Source: an uncultured Geobacteraceae bacterium (GTDB taxonomy: Bacteria > Desulfobacterota > Desulfuromonadia > Geobacterales > Pseudopelobacteraceae). From it: DNA of 64,000 nucleotides. Under the pieces are notes generated by a model. That model ran no database searches. It was not told where the DNA came from and saw nothing but the letters and a program-made list of their open reading frames with translations. Positions 20,697 through 31,197 of the stretch are shown here, piece by piece. The position numbers and the translations under genes were made by a program. Position 1 is the first letter of the stretch. The number at the start of each line of letters is the position of its first letter. The stretch spans positions 15,336-79,335 of the forward strand of contig CAIOXL010000110.1 of NCBI GenBank assembly GCA_903862245.1, in the 5' to 3' direction.

Positions 20697-22445
20697 TCAT
20701 ATCAGCACGCACCGCTGCCACCCGCGCACCGAATTAATCAGCCATAGTTCTTCACACCGCTTCAGGTCCTCGGGGGTGAGAATCTTTTCCGCAATAGCCC
20801 CCTGCTCCAGCAACTCCTCCCGCAGCACCCCCGGCAGCAGGCCGCACTCCAGCGGGGGCGTTACCAGCTGGTCATCCAGTTTCACAACCAGGGAGTGGTA
20901 GCTCCCCTCGGTCACCTGGCCATGTTCGTTGACCAGCAGCACCTCATCACAGTCGGGACGCTCTGACCGGGCGGTATCAAACAGTTCCCGAAAGGTGGTT
21001 TTGTGATAGCGCATGGTATCGCCGGAAGCTACCCTGATCCTGCTGACGGCGACACGCAACGCTGCAGTTCTCACCGGTAGCGGCTCCGAGGAGACCTGCA
21101 CACCGCCGTCCGCCGACAACAGCAGGCGCACCTTGCGCAGACCGGAAGTTGTCGCCGCGTGTCCGGCAAGTGCCTGCCGAACCGCTGCCGGATCACAGGA
21201 AAAGCCGAAAAACTCCGCCGAAGCTGCCAGCCTGGCCACATGCCGCGCCAGAAGGGTATAGGCGCCATCTTCCAGCCTCAGGGATTCAATCAGGCGAAAA
21301 TCATACTGCCGCCGGTGGAGGAACGCTCCCTTGCCCAGACATTCAGCATATTCGGACGATGCTTCCGAGTCCCAGGTAACGGCGCTGCCGACCCCCATGG
21401 TCAACCTGTCTGTCTCCGCATCATGCAGCAGGGTGCGGATGGTCACGGAAAAGAGCGCCTCGCCGCCGGGAGCGGCAACACCGATCGCCCCGCAGTAAAT
21501 TCCGCGCGGCGCTTCTTCAAGCTCCGTAATGATTTCCATGCTGCGCCGTTTGGGGGCTCCGGTCACCGACCCGCAGGGGAAGAGAGCGGTAAAGATATCC
21601 GTCAGGCCGACCCCGGAGCGGAGCCGCGCGGAAACGGTCGAGGTCATCTGATGGACGGTCGGATAGGTTTCAACGTCGAAGAGCGACTCGACAGCCACAG
21701 ATCCGGTTTCAGCCACCCTGCCGAGATCGTTGCGCAGCAGATCGACGATCATCAGGTTTTCCGCCCTCTCCTTGGTACTGTCCCGCAATCGTTCCAAAGC
21801 TGCACGGTCCTCCCCCCCCCAGCGGCCGCGACGAGCGGTCCCCTTCATGGGACGGGTGGTAATGACGCCACCCCGCACCGAAAAAAACAGCTCCGGCGAT
21901 GCCGAGAGGATGGCAAAGCGGCCGGTATCAAGATAGGCACAGAACGGAGCCCGCTGTGCGCCACCGACCCGGGCGTACACCTCCTGCAGATTTCCGGTGA
22001 AACGCCCCTCAAGAGGGAAGGTGTAATTGATCTGGTAGCTGTCACCAGCAGCGATGTAGCTCCGGATGCGCTGCGCATTCCCGGCATATTCTTCCGGACT
22101 TTTTCGGGGTGTCAGCACGACGGCGGCGGCGGAGGAGGAGGAGGGGACATCTCTGCCGGCTTCAACAGTGCTGCGTTCCCGGAAGAGGGCAAACCAGACC
22201 AGCGGCAGCCCGTCAACCGGGGGGGCAGAGGGGAGATCCGGGTTGAGCGCGGACGCCGCTTCGTAGGCGACAAAACCGGCGGCATACAGGCCGGCAGCCG
22301 TCGCCTGTTCAACCCGGTGCAGGGCATCGACCACCTCACCGGGGCAGGTTGCGGTTATGGTTTCCACGTACCCGCCAAAGCGCCAGGAAGAAGCGAAACG
22401 ACCGCCGCCGAACGCATCGAGAAGCACCGTGGGGCAATCAGACAT
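20697..22445 (-). CDS. pabB: Aminodeoxychorismate synthase component I fused to a class-IV aminotransferase (ADC lyase-like) domain
   Basis: Chorismate-binding motifs SPELFF, PMKGT, ENLMIVDLLRNDLG, CGSVTGAPK and RGIYCGAIG. The C-terminal ~200 aa resemble PabC/class IV. Start overlaps the RND gene stop by 8 nt. Confidence 0.85.
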   Translation of the reverse strand: MSDCPTVLLDAFGGGRFASSWRFGGYVETITATCPGEVVDALHRVEQATAAGLYAAGFVAYEAASALNPDLPSAPPVDGLPLVWFALFRERSTVEAGRDVPSSSSAAAVVLTPRKSPEEYAGNAQRIRSYIAAGDSYQINYTFPLEGRFTGNLQEVYARVGGAQRAPFCAYLDTGRFAILSASPELFFSVRGGVITTRPMKGTARRGRWGGEDRAALERLRDSTKERAENLMIVDLLRNDLGRVAETGSVAVESLFDVETYPTVHQMTSTVSARLRSGVGLTDIFTALFPCGSVTGAPKRRSMEIITELEEAPRGIYCGAIGVAAPGGEALFSVTIRTLLHDAETDRLTMGVGSAVTWDSEASSEYAECLGKGAFLHRRQYDFRLIESLRLEDGAYTLLARHVARLAASAEFFGFSCDPAAVRQALAGHAATTSGLRKVRLLLSADGGVQVSSEPLPVRTAALRVAVSRIRVASGDTMRYHKTTFRELFDTARSERPDCDEVLLVNEHGQVTEGSYHSLVVKLDDQLVTPPLECGLLPGVLREELLEQGAIAEKILTPEDLKRCEELWLINSVRGWQRCVLI

Positions 22446-25400
22446 TGTGCCTGTTCCAGCGCCGTTTCAGCCAGCCCCCCAGATCGTCCATCAGCGTGTA
22501 CATGACCGGCACCACCAGCAGCGTCAGCAGGGTTGAGGTCAGCAGCCCCCCCACCACGGCCCGGGCCATGGGGGCGCGCCCTTCGGCTCCGGCGCCGATG
22601 GCGAGAAAGAGCGGCATCATGCCGAATATCATCGCCAGCGTTGTCATGATGATCGGGCGGAGACGGGTCCGGCCGGCCAGGATCACCGCCTCACGGCGGG
22701 GCATACCGTCCCGGCGCTGTAGCACCTTGGCATAATCCACCAGCAAGATGGCATTCTTGGTCACCAGCCCCATCAGCATGATCAGCCCGATCAGCGACAT
22801 GATGTTGATCGTGTCGCCGGTCAGCTTGAGCATGCCGGCCATGCCGACAATGGAAAGCGGCAGCGACAGCATGATGGCGAGCGGCTCAAAGAATGATTCA
22901 AACTGGGCGGCCAGGATCAGATACACGAACAGCACCGCCAGGAGCAGCGATTCCCCCATGTAGCCGAACGATTCGGCCATGTCCTCCGCTTCGCCGGACA
23001 GGTTGACGGAATAGCCGGGGGGCATGTTGATCCGTTTGGCAGCTGCCTCGACGTAGGTGGCGGCCGTGCCGATCGGCAGCCGGTCAAGATTGGCGCTGAC
23101 GGTCACCTGACGGGCCAGGTCGCGCCGGTTTATCTCCGTCGGCGATGCCGCCGTCACCGTGCTGGTCAGACTGGAGATCGGAATCAGCTTTACTCCGCCG
23201 CTGCCGTCCGCCACGGACACGTTCAGATCCATAACCTGCGCCGCATTCTGGCGCAGCTGTCCCGGCAGGCGCACACGCAGGTCAACCGCGTCGCCATCCT
23301 CATCCTCATAGGTGGAGATCGCTTCCCCCCCCACCAGACGGCCGACCGCAGCAACGATATCGCTCGTGGTAACGCCGGCAGAGAGCGCCTTGTCCCGGTC
23401 AACCCGGAGCCGGTATTCGGGGATGTCGTTTTCCAGTGTCATGGCGATATCAACAATGCCCCGCACCTTGTACAGTTCTTCTTTCAAACGGACCCCGAGC
23501 TGTTTGAGAACAGTCAGATCATCCCCCTTGAGATTGACATTGAGCGGCTTTTGCGCACCGCCGATCTGCCCGACCTCTTCAATGGAGAAGGTAATGCCCG
23601 CCACTTTCTGCAGCCGCTCCCGCACGTCCCGCTGCAGGATGAACTGGTTTCTGCTGCGCTCTTTGCGTTCCTTGAGTTTTACGTACAGCAGACCGTCGCG
23701 CACCGTGCCGCTGTCTCCCGCGCCGATGGTGGCATAGGTGTGATCGACCTCCGGAATAACCCTGACGGCGGCCAGCACGGCATTCATGCGATCTTCGCTC
23801 TCCACGATGGAAGCGTCCGGCGCCGTTTTGAAGGAAATCTGGAACTCCCCCTTGTCCTCCGGGGCCATGAATGAAGACTCCAGCGTGCCGAAGATCATGA
23901 TTCCGGCGATAAAGGCGGCAGAGGCCAGCGCCATGACGCTTTTGCGGTGGTCCAGAGCCCAGGCGATGGCTCCCCGGTAACGGTCGGCAGTTCTGTCAAA
24001 CCAGGAATTGAAGGTTTCCAGATAGCGGGCTATGCCGCTCCGCTTCCCCTGCAGATGGATTGAGGGGTCGTGCCAGCGGGAGGAAAGCATCGGATCAAGG
24101 GTGAACGAAACAAACAGCGACACCAGCACGGCAAAGGCGACACTGATGCCGAACTGGTAGAAGAACCGCCCGACAATCCCCTTCATGAATGCCACCGGGA
24201 CGAACACCGCGATGATCGACATGGAGGTGGCAAAAACCGCCAGCCCGATCTCCGACGTACCGAAGCGGGCCGCTTCCATATGGTCCTTCCCCATCTCCAG
24301 ATGCCGGACGATATTCTCCCGGACAACGATGGCATCGTCGATCAGCATGCCGATAGCCAGGGAAAGTGCCATCAGGGTCATGACATTGAGCGTCATGCCG
24401 AGCGCGTTCATGACGATAAATGAGGAGATGACCGAAATCGGCAGGGTCACGCCGGTAATCACCGTCGAACGCCAGGAGTTGATAAAGCAGAAAACGATCA
24501 GCACCGTCAGGATGCCGCCGATGAGCAGGGTCTGCTTGACATCGGACAGCGACTCGCGCGTCATGATCGAACCGTCGCGCACCAGGGACAGGGTTACTCC
24601 GGACGGGAGTTCCCCCTGCAGTTTGCCCATAACCTTTTTGACCGTATCCACCAGTTCAACCTGGTTGCCGCCCGACTGCTTGTATATGTCGAGACCGATG
24701 GCCGGCCGGCCGTTCACCAGGGCCAGTTCCCGTTTTTCTTCAACGCCGTCACCCACCTGGGCCACCTCGCCCAGGGTAATCGGGCGACCGTTCCTCTGGG
24801 CCACGGTCATCCGGCGGTACTGGTCGACCCGGTCCGGTTTCCCCTCTATCCGGAGCGGATATTCCGCTGTTCCCCGGGTGATACGCCCCAGCGGGGTGTT
24901 GGTGTTTTCGGAACGGATACCGGCAACGACATCGTTAACCCCGAGCCTGAGCGCATCGAGACGGGCCGGGTCGAGATCGATGGTAACCTCCCGCTTCTGC
25001 CCACCCACCATATCCACCTTGCCGACGCCAACCACGCTCTCGAAACGCTTCTTGATCCTCTTTTCCACCAGCGTTGTCAGTTCCCGCTGCGACAACAGGG
25101 TGGACTCAACCGCCAGCGCCGCAATCGGCGAGGCGTTGAAATCCAGTTTCTGGATAATCGGCTCTTCTATGGACGCGGGAAGATTTCCCCGTACTGAGGA
25201 GATCTTGGCCCGTACCTCCTGAGCCGCATCGTTTACCTTCTCCTCCAGACGGAATTCCACAACGACCGTTGACACCCCTTCGCGGGAGGTGGAGAACACA
25301 TGCTTTACCCCGGCAATTTCGTTGACCGCCTCCTCGATACGCCGCGAAACCTCCCGCTCCACCGTTTCCGGCGAAGCGCCGGCAAAGGCAGTGACAACAG

Positions 25401-25536
25401 AAACAACCGGGAACTCAACATTGGGGAACATCTCTACGGAAAGGCGGCGATAGGAAAAGATGCCGAGAATAACCAGCGCCAGAATCATGACTGTGGCAAA
25501 AATGGGGCGTTTTATGGAGGTGTTGGAAAGAATCAT
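22438..25536 (-). CDS. RND efflux permease (AcrB/HAE family)
   Basis: Start set at MILSNTSIKRPIFATVM (ATG 25536). 12-TM/large-loop RND pattern. The longer ORF to 25728 is a spurious extension. Confidence 0.9.
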   Translation of the reverse strand: MILSNTSIKRPIFATVMILALVILGIFSYRRLSVEMFPNVEFPVVSVVTAFAGASPETVEREVSRRIEEAVNEIAGVKHVFSTSREGVSTVVVEFRLEEKVNDAAQEVRAKISSVRGNLPASIEEPIIQKLDFNASPIAALAVESTLLSQRELTTLVEKRIKKRFESVVGVGKVDMVGGQKREVTIDLDPARLDALRLGVNDVVAGIRSENTNTPLGRITRGTAEYPLRIEGKPDRVDQYRRMTVAQRNGRPITLGEVAQVGDGVEEKRELALVNGRPAIGLDIYKQSGGNQVELVDTVKKVMGKLQGELPSGVTLSLVRDGSIMTRESLSDVKQTLLIGGILTVLIVFCFINSWRSTVITGVTLPISVISSFIVMNALGMTLNVMTLMALSLAIGMLIDDAIVVRENIVRHLEMGKDHMEAARFGTSEIGLAVFATSMSIIAVFVPVAFMKGIVGRFFYQFGISVAFAVLVSLFVSFTLDPMLSSRWHDPSIHLQGKRSGIARYLETFNSWFDRTADRYRGAIAWALDHRKSVMALASAAFIAGIMIFGTLESSFMAPEDKGEFQISFKTAPDASIVESEDRMNAVLAAVRVIPEVDHTYATIGAGDSGTVRDGLLYVKLKERKERSRNQFILQRDVRERLQKVAGITFSIEEVGQIGGAQKPLNVNLKGDDLTVLKQLGVRLKEELYKVRGIVDIAMTLENDIPEYRLRVDRDKALSAGVTTSDIVAAVGRLVGGEAISTYEDEDGDAVDLRVRLPGQLRQNAAQVMDLNVSVADGSGGVKLIPISSLTSTVTAASPTEINRRDLARQVTVSANLDRLPIGTAATYVEAAAKRINMPPGYSVNLSGEAEDMAESFGYMGESLLLAVLFVYLILAAQFESFFEPLAIMLSLPLSIVGMAGMLKLTGDTINIMSLIGLIMLMGLVTKNAILLVDYAKVLQRRDGMPRREAVILAGRTRLRPIIMTTLAMIFGMMPLFLAIGAGAEGRAPMARAVVGGLLTSTLLTLLVVPVMYTLMDDLGGWLKRRWNRHNV

Positions 25537-25615
25537 GCTGTTTCCTTTGTCCGGCAAAAAGCTGTGGTGCCCGGCTGGATTGCTGTTGAAATCAACCAGC
25601 TCACGTCGCCACAGC

Positions 25616-26779
25616 TCACTTCCCGGTAGCCGCCGGACCAGCCGGGGTCGCCGCGACCTTTTCGCCGTCCTGCAGGTTGAAGCCGCCCCGGACCACATAC
25701 TGCTCGCCCGGCTTGAGCCCCGCCACAATCTCCACCATGTCGCCGTTCACAACGCCGCTCAGTACCTCCCGCCTGCGGGCTGTGCCGTTTTCCACGATGA
25801 ACAGGTTTCCTTTCTTCGCCTGTATGTCCAGAGACGCAAGCGCACTGCGCGGCACCTGCAGAACTTCTGAACGGGCCCCGGTAACAATGCGCCCCTTGAC
25901 GAAGAGCCCCCCCTTGAGCTGTTCCGGTACGTTACGCACTTCGGCGACAACTTTGAGCGAACGGTCCGCCGGAGAAAGCTCCGGGTTGATATATTTAACC
26001 GTACCGGTGAAGGTGCGCCCCGCCGGGGAATCGACCATAAACTCCAGGGCCTGACCGACCTTGACCCGTCCGGAATCCACCGACGGAACAGTAACGGTCA
26101 GGTTGAGCAGCCGGTTGTCCACGATCCGGAAAATCGGTTTGGCCGCCGCCGCGTCGCTGGCCAGGTCACCGACATTGACCTCACGCAGGGCGACAATACC
26201 GTCAAACGGTGCCACTACCAGCCCCTTTGCCTGACGGGCCACCCCCTGACGGCGCTCCTCTTCAGAGACGGTAATCTGGGCAGCCGCAACGCCGACCCGT
26301 GCCCGGGCCGCCTCTGTTTCACTCCGGGCGTCATCAACTGCCAGTTGAGTCGCCAGGCCGGATTCTTTCAGCTTGAGGACGCGGGCCAGTTCACGGTCGG
26401 CACGGTTGGCTGCCACCTGCGCCTGCGCCAGATTCGCCCTGGCCGAAGCGATCTCCGCTTCGGCCCGTTTGACCTGTGCTTCGGTTTCGGCAACATCGAT
26501 GCGTACCAGCGGCTGCCCCTTCCGGACATGAACCCATTCCGATACCATAACCTCTCTGACCAGCCCCGGAATCTGGGTTTTCACATCAACCGAAAACTTC
26601 GGTTCCAGGCTGCCGGTCACCTGAATGCCGTCCGATACTCCCGAGACCGCTGCAGCCCGCAGTTCCACTGCCACCGGAGGTTTGGCTGTCACCGCTTTCT
26701 TTTCTGCATCACTCCTGCTGCAGGCGGTGATGCCCGACAATGCCGCTGCCGCTACAATCAGTGCCGCTATTCGCTTCAT
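25616..26779 (-). CDS. RND efflux periplasmic adaptor (AcrA/HlyD_D23 type lipoprotein)
   Basis: Lipobox LSGITAC. AAGGAG RBS before the ATG at 26779. MFP-type coiled coil. Confidence 0.85.
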   Translation of the reverse strand: MKRIAALIVAAAALSGITACSRSDAEKKAVTAKPPVAVELRAAAVSGVSDGIQVTGSLEPKFSVDVKTQIPGLVREVMVSEWVHVRKGQPLVRIDVAETEAQVKRAEAEIASARANLAQAQVAANRADRELARVLKLKESGLATQLAVDDARSETEAARARVGVAAAQITVSEEERRQGVARQAKGLVVAPFDGIVALREVNVGDLASDAAAAKPIFRIVDNRLLNLTVTVPSVDSGRVKVGQALEFMVDSPAGRTFTGTVKYINPELSPADRSLKVVAEVRNVPEQLKGGLFVKGRIVTGARSEVLQVPRSALASLDIQAKKGNLFIVENGTARRREVLSGVVNGDMVEIVAGLKPGEQYVVRGGFNLQDGEKVAATPAGPAATGK

Positions 26780-26830
26780 CTGAAGCTCCTTGTTCACCTA
26801 CACATCAAGATGTTCATGCAGTTCGTTCCG

Positions 26831-28246
26831 TCAGCCGTTGCAACCGGCGATGGCAACCGCCTGGCGAAGGAACCGTTCCACCTGATCCTGGCTTCCCGCC
26901 TCACTGTACAGGCGCAGGACCGGTTCGGTCCCGGAGGGGCGGATCAGCAGCCAGTCGCCGCTTTCAAAGATGAATTTGAAACCGTCACTGAAATTTGTCG
27001 CCGTCACCCGCTGACCATCGATAGCCGTCGGTGAATTTGCGCGCAGGCGCCCGATCAGCTGTTCTTTGGCAGCATCTTCAATGCGGCGGTCAATCCGCTG
27101 ATAATAGAAATGTCCGATTTCGTCCATTGTCTCATCAAGCAGCTGCCGCAGCCCTTTGCCGCTGACCGCGACCGCTTCCAGCAGCAGCAGCCCGAGCAGG
27201 ATCCCGTCCCGTTCCGGAATGTGCCCCTTCACCCCCAGCCCGCCGGACTCCTCACCCCCCATGAGAACATCGCGCTCCAGCATCAGTGCGCAGATATGCT
27301 TGAATCCGATCGGCGTTTCAAAGAGCTCCAGGCCGAATTTTTCCGCCAGCAGGTCCACCATACGGGTTGTTGACACCGTCTTGACCACCGCACCGGTCAG
27401 TTTTTTGTACTCGATCAGATGGCGGAGAACGACGGTGAAGATACAATGGGAGGAGAAAAAATCGCCGTTTTCATCGACTGCGCCGATTCGGTCGGCATCG
27501 CCGTCCAGTGCCAGCCCGACCCGGTATTTGCCGCTTTTCAGCAGAGCAGATAATTCCTGAAGATTCTGGCCGATCGGCTCGGGCGGCAGACCGCCGAACG
27601 AGGGGTTTTCAATGTTGTGAATTTCGTCAACGCCCGGGAGGAGGCGGGGGATGAAACCGCTGCCGGCTCCATACATCGGATCAACCACCGCGCTGATGCC
27701 CGCTTTTGCGATCAGATCAAGGTCAACATAGCGGCTGAGCTGATGAAAATACCCCTCACTCGGGTCAAACAGCTCTACCATGCCGTTTCTCAGCGCTTCA
27801 TCGTATGGCACGGCAATGATCCGTCGGCCGTTTTCCCTGTTGTACCGCACAATTTCTTCAAGAATTCCGGTTGTCTCGGGGAGAGCTGAACCACCAAAGG
27901 CTTCTTTAATCTTGAAGCCGTTATACTCCGGCGGGTTATGGCTTGCGGTTATCATCACCCCCGCACCGGCACCGTACTGGCGCACCGCCCATGAAACCGC
28001 CGGGGTCGGAGCATACTCTTCCGTCAAACGCACGCGGATGCTGTTACCGGCGGCAATTTCCGCCACCCGCCGGGCAAAATCCCGCGACATGAAACGGCGG
28101 TCATACCCGATTATCAACCCCTTGTTCCCCAAACCTTCCCGGTTCAGATAATCCATGGTGGCCTGAGCCACCCAGGAAAGATTTTCGAAGGTAAAATCCC
28201 GGGCAATAACCCCCCGCCAACCATCAGTTCCGAATTTGATCTGCAT
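26831..28246 (-). CDS. Phosphoglucomutase/phosphomannomutase family protein
   Basis: Active-site motif TASHNPPEYNG and metal loop DGDADR. Confidence 0.9.
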   Translation of the reverse strand: MQIKFGTDGWRGVIARDFTFENLSWVAQATMDYLNREGLGNKGLIIGYDRRFMSRDFARRVAEIAAGNSIRVRLTEEYAPTPAVSWAVRQYGAGAGVMITASHNPPEYNGFKIKEAFGGSALPETTGILEEIVRYNRENGRRIIAVPYDEALRNGMVELFDPSEGYFHQLSRYVDLDLIAKAGISAVVDPMYGAGSGFIPRLLPGVDEIHNIENPSFGGLPPEPIGQNLQELSALLKSGKYRVGLALDGDADRIGAVDENGDFFSSHCIFTVVLRHLIEYKKLTGAVVKTVSTTRMVDLLAEKFGLELFETPIGFKHICALMLERDVLMGGEESGGLGVKGHIPERDGILLGLLLLEAVAVSGKGLRQLLDETMDEIGHFYYQRIDRRIEDAAKEQLIGRLRANSPTAIDGQRVTATNFSDGFKFIFESGDWLLIRPSGTEPVLRLYSEAGSQDQVERFLRQAVAIAGCNG

Positions 28247-28427
28247 TGTCCCTCCGTAATAAGTGCATTCAGTATGTGCGATTTATTTCACTGATACAGA
28301 CCAGCAGTGACTGAAATTTTCATAGCATGCTCAGTTTGGGTATTCATAGGTCGTATAAGTCCCATAGGACGTATACCTTCAACAGTTGTAGTTATTCGGA
28401 AACTGCCGGGGCGGGATTGCTTTGTTG

Positions 28428-29639
28428 TTACTTTATCAGCTGATTCAGTTCAAAAATCGGCAGCAGCACTGCCAGCACAACGATGCCAACCGCGAGCCCC
28501 ATTGCCAGAACCAGCAGCGGTTCCATCAAACCCATCAAACGGGTCAAGCGGGCACTGAATTCACGTTCATAGGCGACACCGGCTTTTACCAGCATGACAT
28601 CGAGGTTGCCGCTTTTCTCGCCGACTCCTGCCAGATGCACCAGAAGCGGCGGAAACAGCGGACTTTTTTTCAAACTTCCGGAGAGGCTGCCGCCTTGCGC
28701 AACATCTTCCATAACGCCCCGCAAAAACGTGCGGTAGACCCGGTTGACAACAACCTCGCCGGTGATCTCCAGAGCTTTCATGATCGGGACCCCGCTGGAA
28801 AGCAGCAGGCCGAGGACCCGGGCGAAGCGGGAGAGTATCAGATGCTGCACCATCCCTCCGGCCATGGGCAGCTGAAGCAGCAGGGCATCGCGTTTGAGGC
28901 GGAGATGGTCGCGCTTCATGGCGGCACGGTAAAGGGGGACCGAGGCGATCATCAGGGAGGCGGGAATCCACCAGTACCCCTGCAGAAAATGGCTGAGTTT
29001 GATCAGGATAATGGTGATGAGCGGCAGGGCGGCTTTACTGTCTTCAAAAATGGTTACGATGCGGGGAATGACGACTGTCAGCAGGAACAGCATAACCCCG
29101 CCGCCAACCAGCACCATCAGAATCGGATAGGCCAGAGCAGAGGTCACCTTGCTGCGCACCTGTTCCTGCTCCTCAAGAAAATCCGCAAGCCGTTCCAGCA
29201 CGGCATCCAGGGCACCCCCGGCTTCGCCGGCCGCCACCATGCTGACATAACTTTCGCCAAAGATATCAGGTTCCGCCGCCAGCGCCCGCGACAGGGAGGC
29301 CCCCTCGGCGATGCGCTCTTTTACCCGGACAAGAGCCTGACGGAGCGGCCCGCTCTCTTCCTGCTCGCAGAGCGAACCCATCGCTTCAAAGAGCGGTACG
29401 GATGACGCGACCAGCGTGGCAAGGCGGCGGGTGAAGAGCGACAGTTCGCCGGTCGGCACCCCGCGCCGGAAGGAAAACCGCCGGGAGCGATCCTCTACTC
29501 CCCCCTCTTCCGTGACTTCACGCGTCAGCAGCCCCTTCCCTTTGAGCTGTTGCGTGGCCTGCCGTTCGGAATCGGCCTCAATTGTGCCGGAGACCGAAGA
29601 GCCGGTGGCGCTGTAGGCTTTATACCGGAACGTCGGCAT
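28428..29639 (-). CDS. gspF: Type II secretion system inner-membrane platform protein GspF
   Basis: Duplicated GspF/PilC domain. Start at MPTFRYKAY (ATG 29639) overlaps the gspE stop. Confidence 0.9.
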   Translation of the reverse strand: MPTFRYKAYSATGSSVSGTIEADSERQATQQLKGKGLLTREVTEEGGVEDRSRRFSFRRGVPTGELSLFTRRLATLVASSVPLFEAMGSLCEQEESGPLRQALVRVKERIAEGASLSRALAAEPDIFGESYVSMVAAGEAGGALDAVLERLADFLEEQEQVRSKVTSALAYPILMVLVGGGVMLFLLTVVIPRIVTIFEDSKAALPLITIILIKLSHFLQGYWWIPASLMIASVPLYRAAMKRDHLRLKRDALLLQLPMAGGMVQHLILSRFARVLGLLLSSGVPIMKALEITGEVVVNRVYRTFLRGVMEDVAQGGSLSGSLKKSPLFPPLLVHLAGVGEKSGNLDVMLVKAGVAYEREFSARLTRLMGLMEPLLVLAMGLAVGIVVLAVLLPIFELNQLIK

Positions 29640-31197
29640 AATCTTCCTGGGTAACGCGCAGGACCTCTTCAATGGTGGTGATCCCTGCGGCGGCCCTGGC
29701 TATGCCGTCGTCGCGCAAGGTTTTCATGCCATGGGCGACCGCATATTCCTTGATCTCCCCGGCATGTGCGCGGCGGATGATCATGGAACAGAGCTCCTGG
29801 TCGATCGGCATGATTTCATAGATGGCGGTTCGCCCCAGAGTACCGAGACCGAAGCAGGCATCGCACCCCCGACCGCGATACAGTCTTTCAGGCAGGGTGA
29901 TACCGGCGTACTGTTCTACCGGACGGTACTCCTCACGGCACTGGGGACAAATTACCCGCACCAGACGCTGGGCAACCACGGCTGACAGCGATGATGCGAT
30001 CATAAACGGCTCAATGCCCATGTCCACCAGGCGGGTCACGGCGGTGGCAGCATCATTGGTATGTAGAGTTGAAAGAACGAGATGCCCGGTTAAACTGGCC
30101 TGAATGGCGATTTCTGCCGTTTCGGCGTCGCGGATCTCGCCGACCATGATGATATCCGGGTCCTGGCGAAGAATGGAGCGGAGACCACCGGCGAAGGTCA
30201 GATCGATTTTCGGATTGACCTGGATCTGGCCGATACCCCTGATCTGGTATTCAATCGGGTCTTCAATGGTGATGATATTCTTTTCGCTGGAATTGACCTT
30301 GTTCAGTGCGGCGTAAAGCGTCGTGGACTTTCCGCTTCCGGTCGGGCCGGTTACCAGGATAATGCCGCTCGTCCGCTCAAGCATCCGCTCCAGCGTCCGT
30401 ACGCCATGTTCCCCCAGGCCGATATCAGCCAGTGACAGGACACCCTTCTTCTTGTCGAGAAGCCGCAGCACGGCCCGCTCACCATAATAGGTCGGGATAA
30501 TCGAAACACGGATATCGACATCGCGACCGGCAACCCGCACCCGGATACGGCCATCCTGAGGCAGACGTTTTTCGGCAATATTGAGGCCGGCCATGATTTT
30601 GACACGTGAAATCAGGGCATCCTGGATAATTTTGGGGGGAGACAGTTTTTCGTAGAGGATGCCGTCGATACGGAAACGGACCAGAAGATCCTGCTCATAG
30701 GGTTCAATGTGGACGTCACTGACCCGCTCTTTAACCGCTTCCGAGAGAATCGAATTCAGCAGGCGAATCACCGGAGCTTCATCGGTCAGGTCAAGCAGAT
30801 CCGTGGGGTTGTTCAGCTCAGTGGCAACCGTGGAGAGATCATCCCCCTGCAGTTCCTGCAGCACTTCGCGGGCTGTCCCGGATACCCCGGCGTAGACGTT
30901 ATTGATGAGATCCGCCAGAATCGGCAGAGGAACCAGCACCGTTTCGATTGGGCGGCCGAACAGCAGCCGCAGTTCGTCACAATGAAGCAGACCGGCGGCG
31001 TTAGCAACGGCAACCGCGATAACGCCGTCGACTTCGCGCAGCGGCAGAATGGCGTTAGCCCGGGCAAACGCCAGAGGGAGGCGGTCCAGCAGAACCGTAT
31101 CTACCTCATCAGCCGTGAGTTCTTGCCGGAAGTGTATGCCAAGGCGGCCGGCAACAAGCTCCAGCTGATCAGGTGCGTTTACGCTGTTCGGGCTCAT
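29620..31197 (-). CDS. gspE: Type II secretion ATPase GspE
   Basis: Walker A GPTGSGKST, Asp/His boxes and the tetracysteine CPQC...CDAC motif. Confidence 0.92.
   Translation of the reverse strand: MSPNSVNAPDQLELVAGRLGIHFRQELTADEVDTVLLDRLPLAFARANAILPLREVDGVIAVAVANAAGLLHCDELRLLFGRPIETVLVPLPILADLINNVYAGVSGTAREVLQELQGDDLSTVATELNNPTDLLDLTDEAPVIRLLNSILSEAVKERVSDVHIEPYEQDLLVRFRIDGILYEKLSPPKIIQDALISRVKIMAGLNIAEKRLPQDGRIRVRVAGRDVDIRVSIIPTYYGERAVLRLLDKKKGVLSLADIGLGEHGVRTLERMLERTSGIILVTGPTGSGKSTTLYAALNKVNSSEKNIITIEDPIEYQIRGIGQIQVNPKIDLTFAGGLRSILRQDPDIIMVGEIRDAETAEIAIQASLTGHLVLSTLHTNDAATAVTRLVDMGIEPFMIASSLSAVVAQRLVRVICPQCREEYRPVEQYAGITLPERLYRGRGCDACFGLGTLGRTAIYEIMPIDQELCSMIIRRAHAGEIKEYAVAHGMKTLRDDGIARAAAGITTIEEVLRVTQEDYADVPV

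Noticed and set aside
21812-21820. G9/C9 homopolymers in pabB (21812-21820) and the histidine kinase (50219-50227) as phase-variation switches.
   Set aside because: They encode Gly runs using the GGG codons common in this GC-rich genome. Both genes are intact and there is no contingency-locus context. Only the longer gspC tract is kept as a low-interest note.
17497-22505. Long plus-strand ORFs (17497-18423, 18048-19199, 19250-20737, 21159-22505). Similar ones lie at 24185-25222, 28422-29405, 30709-31584, 57494-58267 and 60085-61311.
   Set aside because: All lie antisense to genes with clear family signatures. Their translations are Arg/Pro/Gly-rich with no motifs. They are typical shadow ORFs of GC-rich DNA.
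25537-25728. N-terminal extensions of track ORFs, for example the RND permease to 25728, the FAD oxidoreductase to 15704, dapF to 35060, the OMP gene from 46766 and the kinase from 49565.
   Set aside because: The extensions are basic, low-complexity and overlap upstream genes or spacers. Internal ATGs with an RBS give canonical N-termini.
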